Notes under the pieces: model-generated
The model's input: only the letters and a program-made list of their open reading frames with translations
Told to the model about the DNA's origin: nothing
The model's database searches: none
Source of the DNA: Mobula hypostoma
Lineage: Eukaryota
Reading direction: 5' to 3'
Length of the DNA stretch: 64,000 nt
Assembly: GCF_963921235.1 (NCBI RefSeq)
Contig: NC_086108.1
Coordinates: 115,508,001 to 115,572,000, forward strand
Translations under genes and position numbers: made by a program
In this document: piece after piece, positions 25,021 to 36,543 of the stretch
Layout: each line of letters starts with the position of its first letter
Numbering within the stretch: position 1 is the stretch's first letter

Positions 25021-28000
25021 GGGAACTGGAGCAGGAGCTGGATGACCTGCGGATCATTCGGGAGAATGAGGAGATTATAGATAGTAGCTACAGGGAGGTA
25101 GTTACGCCAAAGGAGCAGAGGACAGGAAATTGGGTCACTGTCAGGCGAGGGAAGAGGAAAGGGCAGGCAGAGCAGGGTTCCCCTGTGGCCATTCCCCTCA
25201 ACAACAAGTATACCGCATTGGATACTGTTGGGGGGGATGACTTACCTGGGACAAGCTGCAGTAGCCGGATCTCTGGCACTGAGTCTGGCTCTGCAGTGCA
25301 GAAGGGAGGGGGGAAAAGAGGAGAGCGGTAGTGATGGGGATTCGATAGAGGTGCAGACAGGAGGTTCTGTGGTCGTGACAGAGAATCCAGGATGGTTTGT
25401 TGCCTCCCAGGTGCCAGGGTCAAGGATGTCTCTGATCGATTGCATGACATTCTGAAGTGGGAGGGTGACCAGCCAGATGTTGTGGTGCACATCGGTACCA
25501 ATGACATAGCAAGGAAGAGTGAAGAGGTCCTGGACAGTGAGTATAGAGAGCTTGATAGGAAGTTGAAAAGCAGAACCTCGAGGGTGGTAATTTCAGGATT
25601 GCTACCTGTGCTATGTGCCAGTGAGGGTAGGAATAGGATGCTCTGGAGGAGGAACAAGTGGCTGAGGAACTGGTGTAGGGGGCAGGGTTTCAGATTTCAG
25701 GATCATTGGGACCTCTTCTGGGGCAGGTGGGAACTGTACAAGAGAGATGGGTTACACTTGAACTACAGGGGGACCAATATCCTTTCAGGGAGGTTTGTTA
25801 GTGCTATTGGGGAAGCTTTAAACTAGATTTGCAGGGGGATGGGAACCAGAGTGCCAGAGCTGACAGTGTGGCTGGGGTGAAAATAAATGATGTTAAAAGT
25901 TCAAGCAAATCCGCTAATAGAAAGGTTGTGAGTGGTGGTAAAAATCTTCTGAGGTGTATATATTTCAATGCTAGGAGTATTGCGGGGAAGGCGGATGAGT
26001 TGAGGGTGTGGATTGACACGTGGAATTATGACGTTATAGCAATTAGTGAAACTTGGCTACAGGAGGGGCAGAACTGGCAGCTTAATATTCCAGGGTTCCG
26101 ATGTTTCAGATGTGATCGAGGCAGAGGAATGAAAGGTGGAGGAGTAGCATTGCTTGTTAGGGAAAATATTACAGCAGTGCTCAGGCAGGACAGATTAGAG
26201 GGCTTGTCTACTGAGTCCTTATGGGTGGAGCTGAGAAACAGGAAAGGTATGGCCACATTAGTGGGATTGTATTACAGACCACCCAATAGTCAACGAGAAT
26301 TGGAAGAGCAAATCTGCAGAGAGATAGCAAGCAAATGCAGGAAACATAAAGTTGTGGTGGTAGGGGATTTTAATTTTCCATATATTGATTGGGACTCCCA
26401 TACTGTTAGGGGTCTAGATGGTTTAGAGTTTGTAAAATGTGTTCAGGAAAATTTTCTAAATCAATATATAGAGGGACCAACTAGAGGGGATGCAATATTG
26501 GATCTCCTGTTAGGAAACGAGTTAGGACAAGTGACAGAAGTCTGTGTAGGGGAGCACTTTGGTTCCAGTGATCATAACACCATTAGTTTCAATTTGATCA
26601 GGGACAAGGATAGATCTGGTCCTAGGGTTGAGGTTCTTAACTGGAAGAAAGCCAAATTTGAAGAAATGAGAAAGGATCTAAAAAGCGTGGATTGGGACAG
26701 GTTGTTCTCTGGCAAAGATGTGATCGGTAGGTGGGAAACCTTCAAAGGAGAAATTTTGAGAGTGCAGAATTTGTATGTTCCTGTCAGGATTAAAGGCAAA
26801 GTGAATAGGAATAAGGAACCTTGGTTCTCAAGGGATATTGCAACTCTGATAAAGAAGAAGAGGGAGTTGTATGACATGTATAGAAACATAGAAAATAGGT
26901 GCAGGAGTAGGCCATTCGGCCCTTCGAGCTTGCACCGCCATTTATTATGATCATGGCTGATCATCCAACTCAGAACCCCGCCCCAGCCTTCCCTCCATAC
27001 CCCCTGATCCCCGTAGCCACAAGGGCCATATCTAACTCCCTCTTAAATATAGCCAATGAACTGGCCTCAACTGTTTCCTGTGGCAGAGAATTCCACAGAT
27101 TCACCACTCTCTGTGTGAAGAAGTTTTTCCTCATCTCGGTTCTAAAAGGCTTCCCCTTTATCCTCAAACTGTGGTCCCTTGTTCTGGACTTCCCCAACAT
27201 CGGGAACAATCTTCCTGCATCTAGCCTGTCCAATCCCTTTAGGATTTTATACGTTTCAATCAGATCCCCCCTCAATCTTCTAAATTCCAACGAGTACAAG
27301 CCCAGTTCATCCAGTCTTTCTTCATATGAAAGTCCTGCCATCCCAGGAATCAATCTGGTGAACCTTCTTTGTACTCCCTCTATGGCAAGGATGTCTTTCC
27401 TCAGATAGGAAGCAGGGAGTAAATAAGGTGCTTGAGGAGTATAAGAAGTGCAAGGAAATACTTAAGAAAGAAATCAGGAGGGTTAAAAGAAGACATGAGG
27501 TTGCCTTGGCAGTCAAAGTGAAGGATAATCCAAAGAGCTTTTACAGGTATATTAAGATCAAAAGGATTGTAAGGGATAAAATTGGTCCTCTTGAAGATCA
27601 GAGTGGTTGGCTATGTGCGGAACCAAAGGAAATGGGGGAGATCTTAATTAGGTTTTTTGCGTCTGTATTTACTAAGGAAACTGGCATGAAGTCTATGGAA
27701 TTAAAGGAAACAAGTAGTGAGATCATGGAAACTGTACAGATCGAAAAGGAGGAGGTCCTTGCTGTCTTGAGGAAATTTAAAGTGGATAAATCCCCGGGAC
27801 CTGACAGGGTGTTCCCTCAGACCTTGAAGGAGACTAGTGTTGAAATTGCATGGGCCCTCGCAGAAATATTTAAAATGTCGCTGTCTACAGGTGAGGTGCC
27901 GGAGGATTGGAGAGTGGCTCATGTTGTTCCGTTGTTTAAAAAAGGATTGAAAAATAATCCGGGAAATTAAATTATAAGTTTAACGTCGGTAGTAGGTAAG

Positions 28001-29340
28001 TTATTGGAGGGAGTACTAAGAGACAGAATCTACAAGCATTTGGATAGACAGGGACTTATTAGGGAGAGTCAACATGGCTTTGCGTGTGGTAGGTCATGTT
28101 TGACCAATCTATTGGAGTTTTTCGAGGAGGTTACCAGGAAAGTGGATGAGGGGAAGGCAGTGGATATTGTCTACATGGACTTCAGTAAGGCCTTTGATAA
28201 GGTCCCACATGGGAGGTTAGTTAGGAAAATTCAGTTGCTAGGTATACATGGAGAGGTGGTAAATTGGATTAGACATTGGCTCAATGGAAGAAGCCAAAGA
28301 GTGGTAGTAGAGAATTGCTTCTCCGAGTGGAGGCCTGTGACTAGTGGTGTACCACAGGGATCAGTGCTGGGTCCATTGTTATTTGTCATCTATATCAATG
28401 ATCTGGATGATAATGTGGTAAATTGGATCAGCAAGTTTGCTGATAATACAAAGATTGGAGGTATAGTAGACAGTGAGAAAGGTTTTCAGAGCCTGCAGAG
28501 AGACCAGCTGGAAAAATGGGCTGAAAAATGGCAGATGGAGTTTAATACAGACAAGTGTGAGGTATTGCACGTTGGAAGGACAAACCAAGGTAGAACATAC
28601 AGGGTTAATGGTAAGGCACTGAGGAGTGCAGTGGAACAGAGGGACCTGGGAATACAGATACAAAATTCCCTAAAAGTAGCATCACAGGTAGATAGGGTTG
28701 TAAAGAGAGCTTTTGGTACATTGGCCTTTATTAATCGAAGTATTGAGTATAAGAGCTGGAATGTTATGATGAGGTTGTATAAGGCATTGGTGAGGCCGAA
28801 TCTGGAGTATTGTGTTCAGTTTTGGTCACCAAATTACAGGAAGGATATAAATAAGGTTGAAAGAGTGCAGAGAAGGTTTACAAGGATGTTGCCAGGACTT
28901 GAGAAACTCAGTTACAGAGAAAGGTTGAATAGGTTAGGACTTTATTCCCTGGAGCGTAGAAGAATGAGGGGAAATTTGATAGAGGTATATAAAATTATGA
29001 TGGGTATAGATAGAGTGAATGCAAGCAGGCTTTTTCCACTGAGGCAAGGGGAGAAAAAAACCAGAGGACATGGGTTAAGGGTGAGGGGGGAAAAGTTTAA
29101 AGGGAACATTAGAGGGGGCTTCTTCACACAGAGAGTGGTGGGAGTATGGAATGAGCTGCCAGACGAGGTGGTAAATGCGGGTTCTTTTTTAACATTTAAG
29201 AATAAATTGGACAGATACATGGATGGGAAGTGTATGGAACGATATGGTCCGTGTGCAGGTCAGTGGGACTAGGCAGAAAATGGATCGGCACAGCCAAGGA
29301 GGGCCAAAAGGCCTGTTTCTGTGCTGTAGTTTCTATGGTT
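25021..29340 (+). mobile_element. Nearly full-length CR1 LINE: ORF1 (coiled coil plus SGNH esterase) and ORF2 (APE-RT), disrupted
   Basis: ORF1 RELEQELDDLR, GDS, CLPGARVKD, VVHIGTNDI, DGLHLN. ORF2 YFNARSI, ISETW, VVGDFN, SSDHN; RT 28004-29272. AAAAAG duplicated at 25016-25021 and 29341-29346. Confidence 0.95.
26881..27405 (-). mobile_element. Young CR1 3' portion inserted antisense into CR1 ORF2
   Basis: ORF 26970-27353; ATAG at both junctions; the host reading YDMY/RKQG is restored on removal. Confidence 0.95.
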
Positions 29341-30489
29341 AAAAAGCTGAAAGACCTAAGGGTACATAAGGCACCCGGACCAGAGGAACTGCACCCTAGG
29401 GTTCTGAAAGAGGTAACGAGAGAGATTGTGGAGGCATTAACCATGATCTTTCAAAAATCATTGGACTCTGACATGATGCCGGAGAACTGGAAAATTGCAA
29501 ATGTCATTCCACTCTTTAAGAAAGGAGAAAGGCAGAAGAAAGGAAATTATAGTTAAAGAAAGGAAGTTAGCTTGATCTCAGTGGTTGGGAAGATGTTGGA
29601 GTGAATTATTAAGGATGAGGTGATGGAGTACTTGGTGACACAGGACAAGATAGGATGAAGTCAGTTTGGTTTCCTTCAGGGAAAATCTTGTCTGAGGAAA
29701 CTGTTGGAATTCTTTGGGGAGATTGCAAGTAGGATAGATAAAGGGGATGCAGTGGACGTTGTATATTTGGACGTTTAAAAGGCAACTGTACTACACATGA
29801 GTGTGCTTACAAAATTAAAAGCCCCTGGTATTACTGGCATGGTTGGAGCATTGGCTGATTGGTAGGAGGCAGTGAGTGGAAATAAAAGGATCCTTGTCTG
29901 GTTGGCTGCCAGTGACTAATGGTGTTCTGCAGGGGTTGGTGTTGGGACCACTTCCTTTTATGCTGTGTGTCAAAGATTTAGATTATGTAATAGATGGCTT
30001 TGTTGCCAAGTTTGCAGACGATATGAAAATTGGTAGGGGATGGGGGAAGGTAGAGTTGAGGAAACAGGTAGCTGCAGAAGGATTCAGACAGATTGGGAGA
30101 ATAGGCAAGAAAGTGGCAAATGAAATACAATGTTGGAAAATACATGGTCATGCACTTCGGTCGTAGAAATAATTGTGCGGACTATTTTCTAAATGGGGAG
30201 AAAATCCAAAAATCTGAGATGCAAAGGGACTTGGGAGTCCTTGTGCAGAATATCCTAAAGGTTAACTTGCAGGTAGAGTCAGCGGTGAGGAAGGCAAATG
30301 CCATGTTAGCATTCATTTCAAGAGGTCTAGAATACAAGAGCAGGGATGTGATGCTGAGGCTTTATAAGGCACTGGTGAGGCCTCACCTTGCGTACTGTGA
30401 ACATTTTTGGGCTCCCCATCAAAGAAAAGATGTGCTGGCATTGGAGAGGGTCCAGAGGAGGTTCACAAGGATGATTCCGGGAATTAAAG

Positions 30490-32302
30490 AATTGAATTGA
30501 ATTGACTTTACATTCTTCACATACATGAGGAGTAAAAATCTTTATGTTACATCTCTGTCTAAATGTACAATGTGCAATCATAGTAATTTATAATAAATAG
30601 CACAGTCCGTGCACTCAAATCAGTGTGAGTTAATCAGTCTGATGGCCAGGTGGAAGAAGCTGTCCCGGAGCCTGTTGGTCCTGGCTTTTATGCTGCGGTA
30701 CCGTTTCCCAGATGGTAGCAGCTGGAATAGATTATGGTTGGGGTGACTCGGGTCTCCAATGATCCTTCGTGCCCTTTTCCCACATCTGTTTTTGTAATTG
30801 TCCTGAACCATGGGAGGTTCATAACCACAGATGTGCTGGGCTGTCCACACCACTCTCTGCACAGTCCTGCGATTAAGCGGGTTACAGTTACCATACCAGG
30901 CAGTGATGCAGCCAGTCAGGATGCTCTCAATTGTACCCCTGCAGAAAGTTCTTAAGATTTGGGTGCCCATACTAAAATTCCTCATCCGTCTGAGGTGAAC
31001 AAGGCACTGTTGTACCTTTTTCACCACACAACCATATGAGATCCTGGGTGTTGTGGATACCAAGGAACTTAAAGCTGCTTACCCTCTCAACCCCAGATCC
31101 ATTGATGTCAATAGGGGTTACCCCATCTCCATTACTCCTGTAATCCACAACCAGCTCCTTTTTTTTGTGACATTGAGGGAGAGATTGTCTTCTTGACACC
31201 ACTGTGTCAGGGAAATGACTTCTTCCCTGTAGGCCACCTCGTTATTGTTTGAGACAAGGCCAATAAATGTAGTGTTATCGACAAATTTAATTAGCAGATT
31301 GGAGCTGTGGGTGGCGACACAGTCACGGGTATACAGGGAGTAAAAGAGGGGACTCAGTACGCAGCCCTGAGGGGCTCCTGTGCTGAGAGTCAGAGAGGTG
31401 GAGGTGAGGGAGCCCACTCTTACCACCTGCTGGCAATCTGACAGGAAGTCTAGGATTCAGCTACACAAGGCAGGGTCAAGGCCGAGATCTCTGAGCTTTT
31501 TGTCGAGACTGGATGGAATTATGGTGTTGAATGCTAAGCATCCTTCTTCTCCAGATGTGTAAGGACGGTATGTAGAGCAGCGGCTATTGCGTCATCTGTC
31601 GATCAGTTGTGTTGGTAGGTGAATTGTAGGGGGTCCAGTGTGGGTGGTAGCAAGCTGCAGATGTAATCCTTGACCAGCCTCTCAAAGCATTTGTTTATTA
31701 TTGAGGTGAGTGCGACAGGACACCAGTTGTTCAGACATGTTACCTTGGTCTTTTTTGGTACAGGGACAATGGTGGATAATTTGAAGCAGGAGGGCACTCT
31801 ACACTGGGAGAGGGAGAGATTAAAAGTGTCTGTAAACACACCTGCCAGTTGTGCTGTGCACATCCTGAGTACTCACCCTGGGATATCGTTCAGTCCCGCA
31901 GCCTTGCGACTGTCCACTCGTTGGAAACATCTGCGTACCTCAGCCTCAGAGATAACCAGGTTGCAGGTTGTAGCGGTGGCTTTCCTTGGAGTCTCAGAGT
32001 TAGTGACATCGAACCGAGTGTAAAAGTGATTGAGCTCATCTGGGAGAGAGGCTGTGATGTTGGCAGCACAACAACGTTTGGCTTTGAAGTCTGTGATGGT
32101 ATGCAACCCTCACCACAAGTCACGTGTGCTATTCGTTGTGAATCTTAACTCAGTCTTGCCCCTGTATTGTTGTTTCACAGCCTTGATAGCTTTGCGCAGA
32201 ACGTAGCTGCTTTGCTTGATCTCCTGCTGATTGCCGGCAATGTAAGCTCAATGTCGCACGGTAAGTGCTGCTCGCACGGAACTATTGATCCAGGGTTTCT
32301 GG
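30490..32302 (-). mobile_element. Rex1/Babar LINE, 5'-truncated and decayed
   Basis: [77 protein letters not shown]; (AATTG)n tail. Confidence 0.9.
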
Positions 32303-32769
32303 ATCAATATGTTATCGTATGAGGAAAGTTTGATGGCTCTGGGTCTGTACTCACTGGAATTTAGAAGAAAGAGGGGAGATCTCATTGAAACCTTTTGAAT
32401 GTTGAAAGGCCTAGACAGAGTAGATGTGGAAAGGATGTTTCCCATGGTGGGGGAGTCTAGGACAGGAGGGGCACAGCCTCAGGATAGAGGCGAGTCCATT
32501 TAAAACAGAGATGCAGAGAAATTTCTTTAACCAGATGGTGTTGAATTTGTGGAAATTATTACAACAGGCAGCTTTGGAGGCCAGGTCATTGGGTGTATTT
32601 AAGGCAGAGACTGATAGGATCTTGATTGGAGATGGGGTCAAAGGTTACAAGGAGAAAGAAAGGGAATGGGGTTGAGGAGGGGGAGAAAAAGGATCAGCAA
32701 TGATTGAATTGCAGACCAGACTTGATGGGCCAAAAAGGCCTAATTCTGCTCCTGTGTCTTATGGGCTCA

Positions 32770-34430
32770 TGGACCTGGACTGGGAACATAGCCCTCCATA
32801 CCCCTACTATCCACGTACCTATTCAACCTTCTCAAACTTTGAATTCGAGCTGGCATGGACCACTTGTTCTGGCAGCTCATTCCACACTCTCACCACCCTC
32901 TGAGTGAAGAAAATTTCCCTCATGTTCCCTTTAAATTTCTCTCCTTTCACCCTCAACCTATGGCCTCTGGTTGTAGTTCCACCCAATCTCAGTGGAAAAA
33001 TCCTGCTTGCAGTTATCCCTTATATTCTGTATACCTCTATCAAATCTCCCCTAATCATCTACATTCTAAGGAATATAGTCCTAACCTATTCAATCCTTCC
33101 TTATTACTCAGGTCCTCAAGTCCCAGCAACATCCTTATAAATTTTCTCTGCACACTTTCGACCTCCTGTATATCTTTCTCGTAGGTAGGTGACCAAAACT
33201 GCACACAATATTCTAATGCCTCACTAATGTCTTATACAACTTCAACATAACATCCCATCTCCTGTATTCAATACATTGGTTTATGAAAGCCAAGGTGCCA
33301 AAAGCTCTCTTTTCAAATCTATCTGCATGTGATGCCACTTTCAATGAACTATGGACCTGTCTTCCGAGATTCTTTTGTTCTCTCACACTCCTCAGTGTCC
33401 GACCGTTCATTGTGTAAGTCCTACCCCGGCTGTTCCTGTGGAAGTGCAAACCCTCGCACTTGTCTACATTAATTTCCATCTGCCATTTTTCAGCCCATTT
33501 ATCCAGCTGAAGCAGATTCCTCTGCAAGCCATGATAGTCTTCCTCACTATCCACTACACCTCCACCCTTGGTGTCGTTTGCAAATTTGTTGATTCAGTTA
33601 ATCATGTTATCATCCAGATCATTGATATAGATAACAAACAACAAAGGACCCAGCACTGATCCCTGCCACAGGACTCCAGTCAGAGAGGCAACCACCTACT
33701 ATCACTTCCTGGCTTCTCCCACAAAGCCAATGTCTAATCCAATTTACCACCTCATCCCCTGAATGCCAAGTGACTGAACCCGTTTCCCATGTGGGACCTT
33801 GTCAAATAAGACCATAAAATACAAGAGCTGATCTAGGCCACCTGGCCTATCGAGTCCGCTCTGCCATTTTGTCATGGCTATTCCATTTTCCCGCTCAGCC
33901 TCAATCTCCTGCCTTCACCCCCCATCCCTTCATTCCCCGACCAATCAAGAATCTATCAACCTGTACCTTAAATATACATAAAGACATGGCCTCCACAGCT
34001 GCCTGTAGCAAAGAATCCCACAGATTCATCACTCGTTGGCTAAAGAAATTCCTCCTCATCTCTGTACAAAAAGGATGCCCCTCTATTCTGATGCTGCGCC
34101 CTCAATTCTTAGACTCTCCCACCACAGGAAGCCACCTCTCCACATCCACTCTGTCAAGGCCTTTCACCGTTCCACAGGTTTCAATGAGGTCACCGTCATT
34201 CTTCTAACGTCCATGTAGACAACATCCACTGCCTTACCTTCATCCACTTTCCTGGTAACTTCCTCAAAAAACTCTATAAGATTGGTTAGACATGGCCTGC
34301 CATTCACGAAGCCATGCCAACTAACCTCAATCAGTCCATGTTTATCCAAATAATTGTATATCTGATCCCTTAGAATACCTTCCAATAACTTTCCCATGAC
34401 TGATATTAAACTTGCGGCCTATAATTTCTT
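32770..34430 (-). mobile_element. Old CR1 RT and 3' region, interrupted by another CR1 3' end (33807-34205)
   Basis: ORFs 33213-33554 and 34164-34397 carry CR1 RT motifs; the YMD/FDKV motif is split across the insert. Confidence 0.8.
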
Positions 34431-36543
34431 AGAAACATAGAAAACGTACAGCACAATACAGGCCCTTCAGCCCACAATGCTGTGCCGGACATGTATTTAC
34501 TTTAGAAATTACCTAGGGTTACACATAACCCTCCATTTTTCTAAGCTCCATGTACCTATCCAGGAGTCTCTTAAAAGACCCTATCGTATTACCTCCACCA
34601 CCGTCGCCGGCAGCCCATTCCATGCACTCACCACTCTCTGCGTAAAAAACTTACCCCTGACATCTCCTCTGTACCTACTTCCAAGCACCTTAAAAGTCTG
34701 CCCTCTCATGTTAGCCATTTCAGCCCCGGATAAAGCCTCTGACTATCCACATGATCAATATGTCTCATTATCTTATACACCTCTGTCAGGTCACCTCTCA
34801 TCCTCCGTCGTTCCAAGGAAAAAAGGCTGAGCTCACTCAACCTATTCCATAAGGCATGCTCCCCAATCCAGCAACATCCTTGTAAATCTCCTTTGCACCC
34901 TTTCTATAGATTGCACATCCTTCCTGTAGTGAGGCGACCAGAACTGAGCACGGTACTCCAAGTGGGGTCTGACCAGGGTCCTATATAGCTACAACATTAC
35001 CTCTCGGCTCTTAGACTCAATCCCACGGTTGATGAAGGCCAATGCATCGTATGCCTTCTTAACTACAGAGTCAACCTGTGTAGCAGCTTTGTTTGTCCTA
35101 TGGACTCGGACAATAAGATCCCTCTGATCCTCCACACTGCCAAGAGTCTTACCATTAATATTACATTCTGCCATCATATTTGACCTACCAAAATGAACCA
35201 CCTCACACTTATCTGGGTTGAATTCCACCTGCCACTTCTCAGCCCATTTTTACATCCTATCAATGTCCCACTGTAACCTCCTACAACCCTCCACACTATC
35301 CACAACACCCCCAACTTTTATGTCATCAGCAAATTTACTAATCAATCCCTCCACTTCCTCATCCAGATCATTTATAAAAATCACAAAGAGTAGGGGTCCC
35401 AGATCAGATCCCTGAGGCACACCACTGGTCACTGACCTCCATGTAGAATATGACCCGTCTACAACCACTCTTTGCCTTCTGTGGGCAAACCAATTCTGGA
35501 TCCACAAAGCAAGGTCCCCTCTGATCCCATGCCTCCTTACTTTCTCAATAAGCCTTGCATGGGGTACCTTATCAAATGCCTTGCTGAAATCCATATACAC
35601 TACATCTACAGCTCTACCTTTATCAATGTGTTCAGTCACCTCCTCAAAAATTCAATTAAGCTTGTAAGGCACGACCTGCCTTTGACAAAGCCATGCTGAC
35701 TATTCCCAATCATATTATGCCTCTCCAAATACTCATAAATCCTGCCTCTCAGGATCTTTTCCATCAACTTACCAACCACTGAAGTAAGACTCACTGGTCT
35801 ATAATTTCCTGGGCTATCCCTGCTCCCTTTCTTGAATAAGGGAACAACATTCGCAACCCTCCAATCCTCCAGAACCACTCCTTTCTTCATTGACGAAGCA
35901 AAGATCATCGCCAGAGGCTCAGCAATCTCCTCCCTTGCTTCCCACAATAGCCTGGGGTATATCCCTTCCGGTCCTGGTGACTTATCAAACTTGATACTTT
36001 CCAATAGCTCCAGCAGATCCTCTTCCTTAATATCTACATGCTCAAACTTTTCAGTCTGCTGCAAGTCATCACTACAATTGTCAAGATCCTTTTCCATAGT
36101 GAATACCAAAGCAAAGTATTCCTTAAGTACCTCTGCCATCTTCTCCGGTTCCATACACACTTTTCCACTGTCACACTTGATTGGTCCTTTTCTCTCATAT
36201 CTTATCCTCTTGCTCTTCACATACTTGTAGAGTGCCTTGGGGTTTTCTTTAATCCTGTCCGCCACGGCCTTCTGGCTCTCATAATTTCATTCTTAAGCTC
36301 CTTCCTGCTAGCCTTATAATCTTCTGGATCTCTATCATTACCTAGTTTTTTGAACCTTTCATAAGTTCTTCTTTTCTTCTTGACTAGATTTACAACAGCC
36401 TTTGAACACCATGGTTCCCGTACCCTACCATACTTTCCCTGTCTCATTGGAACATATCTACGCAGAACCCCATGCAAATATCCCCTGAACATTTGCCACA
36501 TTTCTTCTGTACATTTCCCAGAGAACATCTGTTTCCAATTTAT
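34431..36543 (-). mobile_element. CR1 LINE ORF2 (linker-RT-3'UTR), frameshifted
   Basis: ORFs 36217-36528, 35636-36265, 35250-35639 (KFADD) and 34989-35228; tail agaaacatagaaa. Confidence 0.9.

Larger units (their letters stand above)
21130..32765 (+). mobile_element. Older CR1 LINE (ORF2 plus 3'UTR) fragmented by four later insertions
   Basis: Collinear pieces: 21130-21387 (LKVLCLNAQS...AITES, APE start), 21935-22851, 24913-25020, 29341-30489 (RT) and 32311-32765 (C-terminus, 3'UTR, taattctgctcctgtgtcttatgg end). Confidence 0.85.

Noticed and set aside
25392..25826. Host SGNH esterase/lipase gene
   Set aside because: It is the known esterase domain of CR1 ORF1, directly upstream of ORF2; the same applies to 40072-40494.
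25829..26950. Endonuclease ORF with a novel C-terminus (NIENRCRSRPF...)
   Set aside because: The tail is read-through into an antisense CR1 inserted at 26881.
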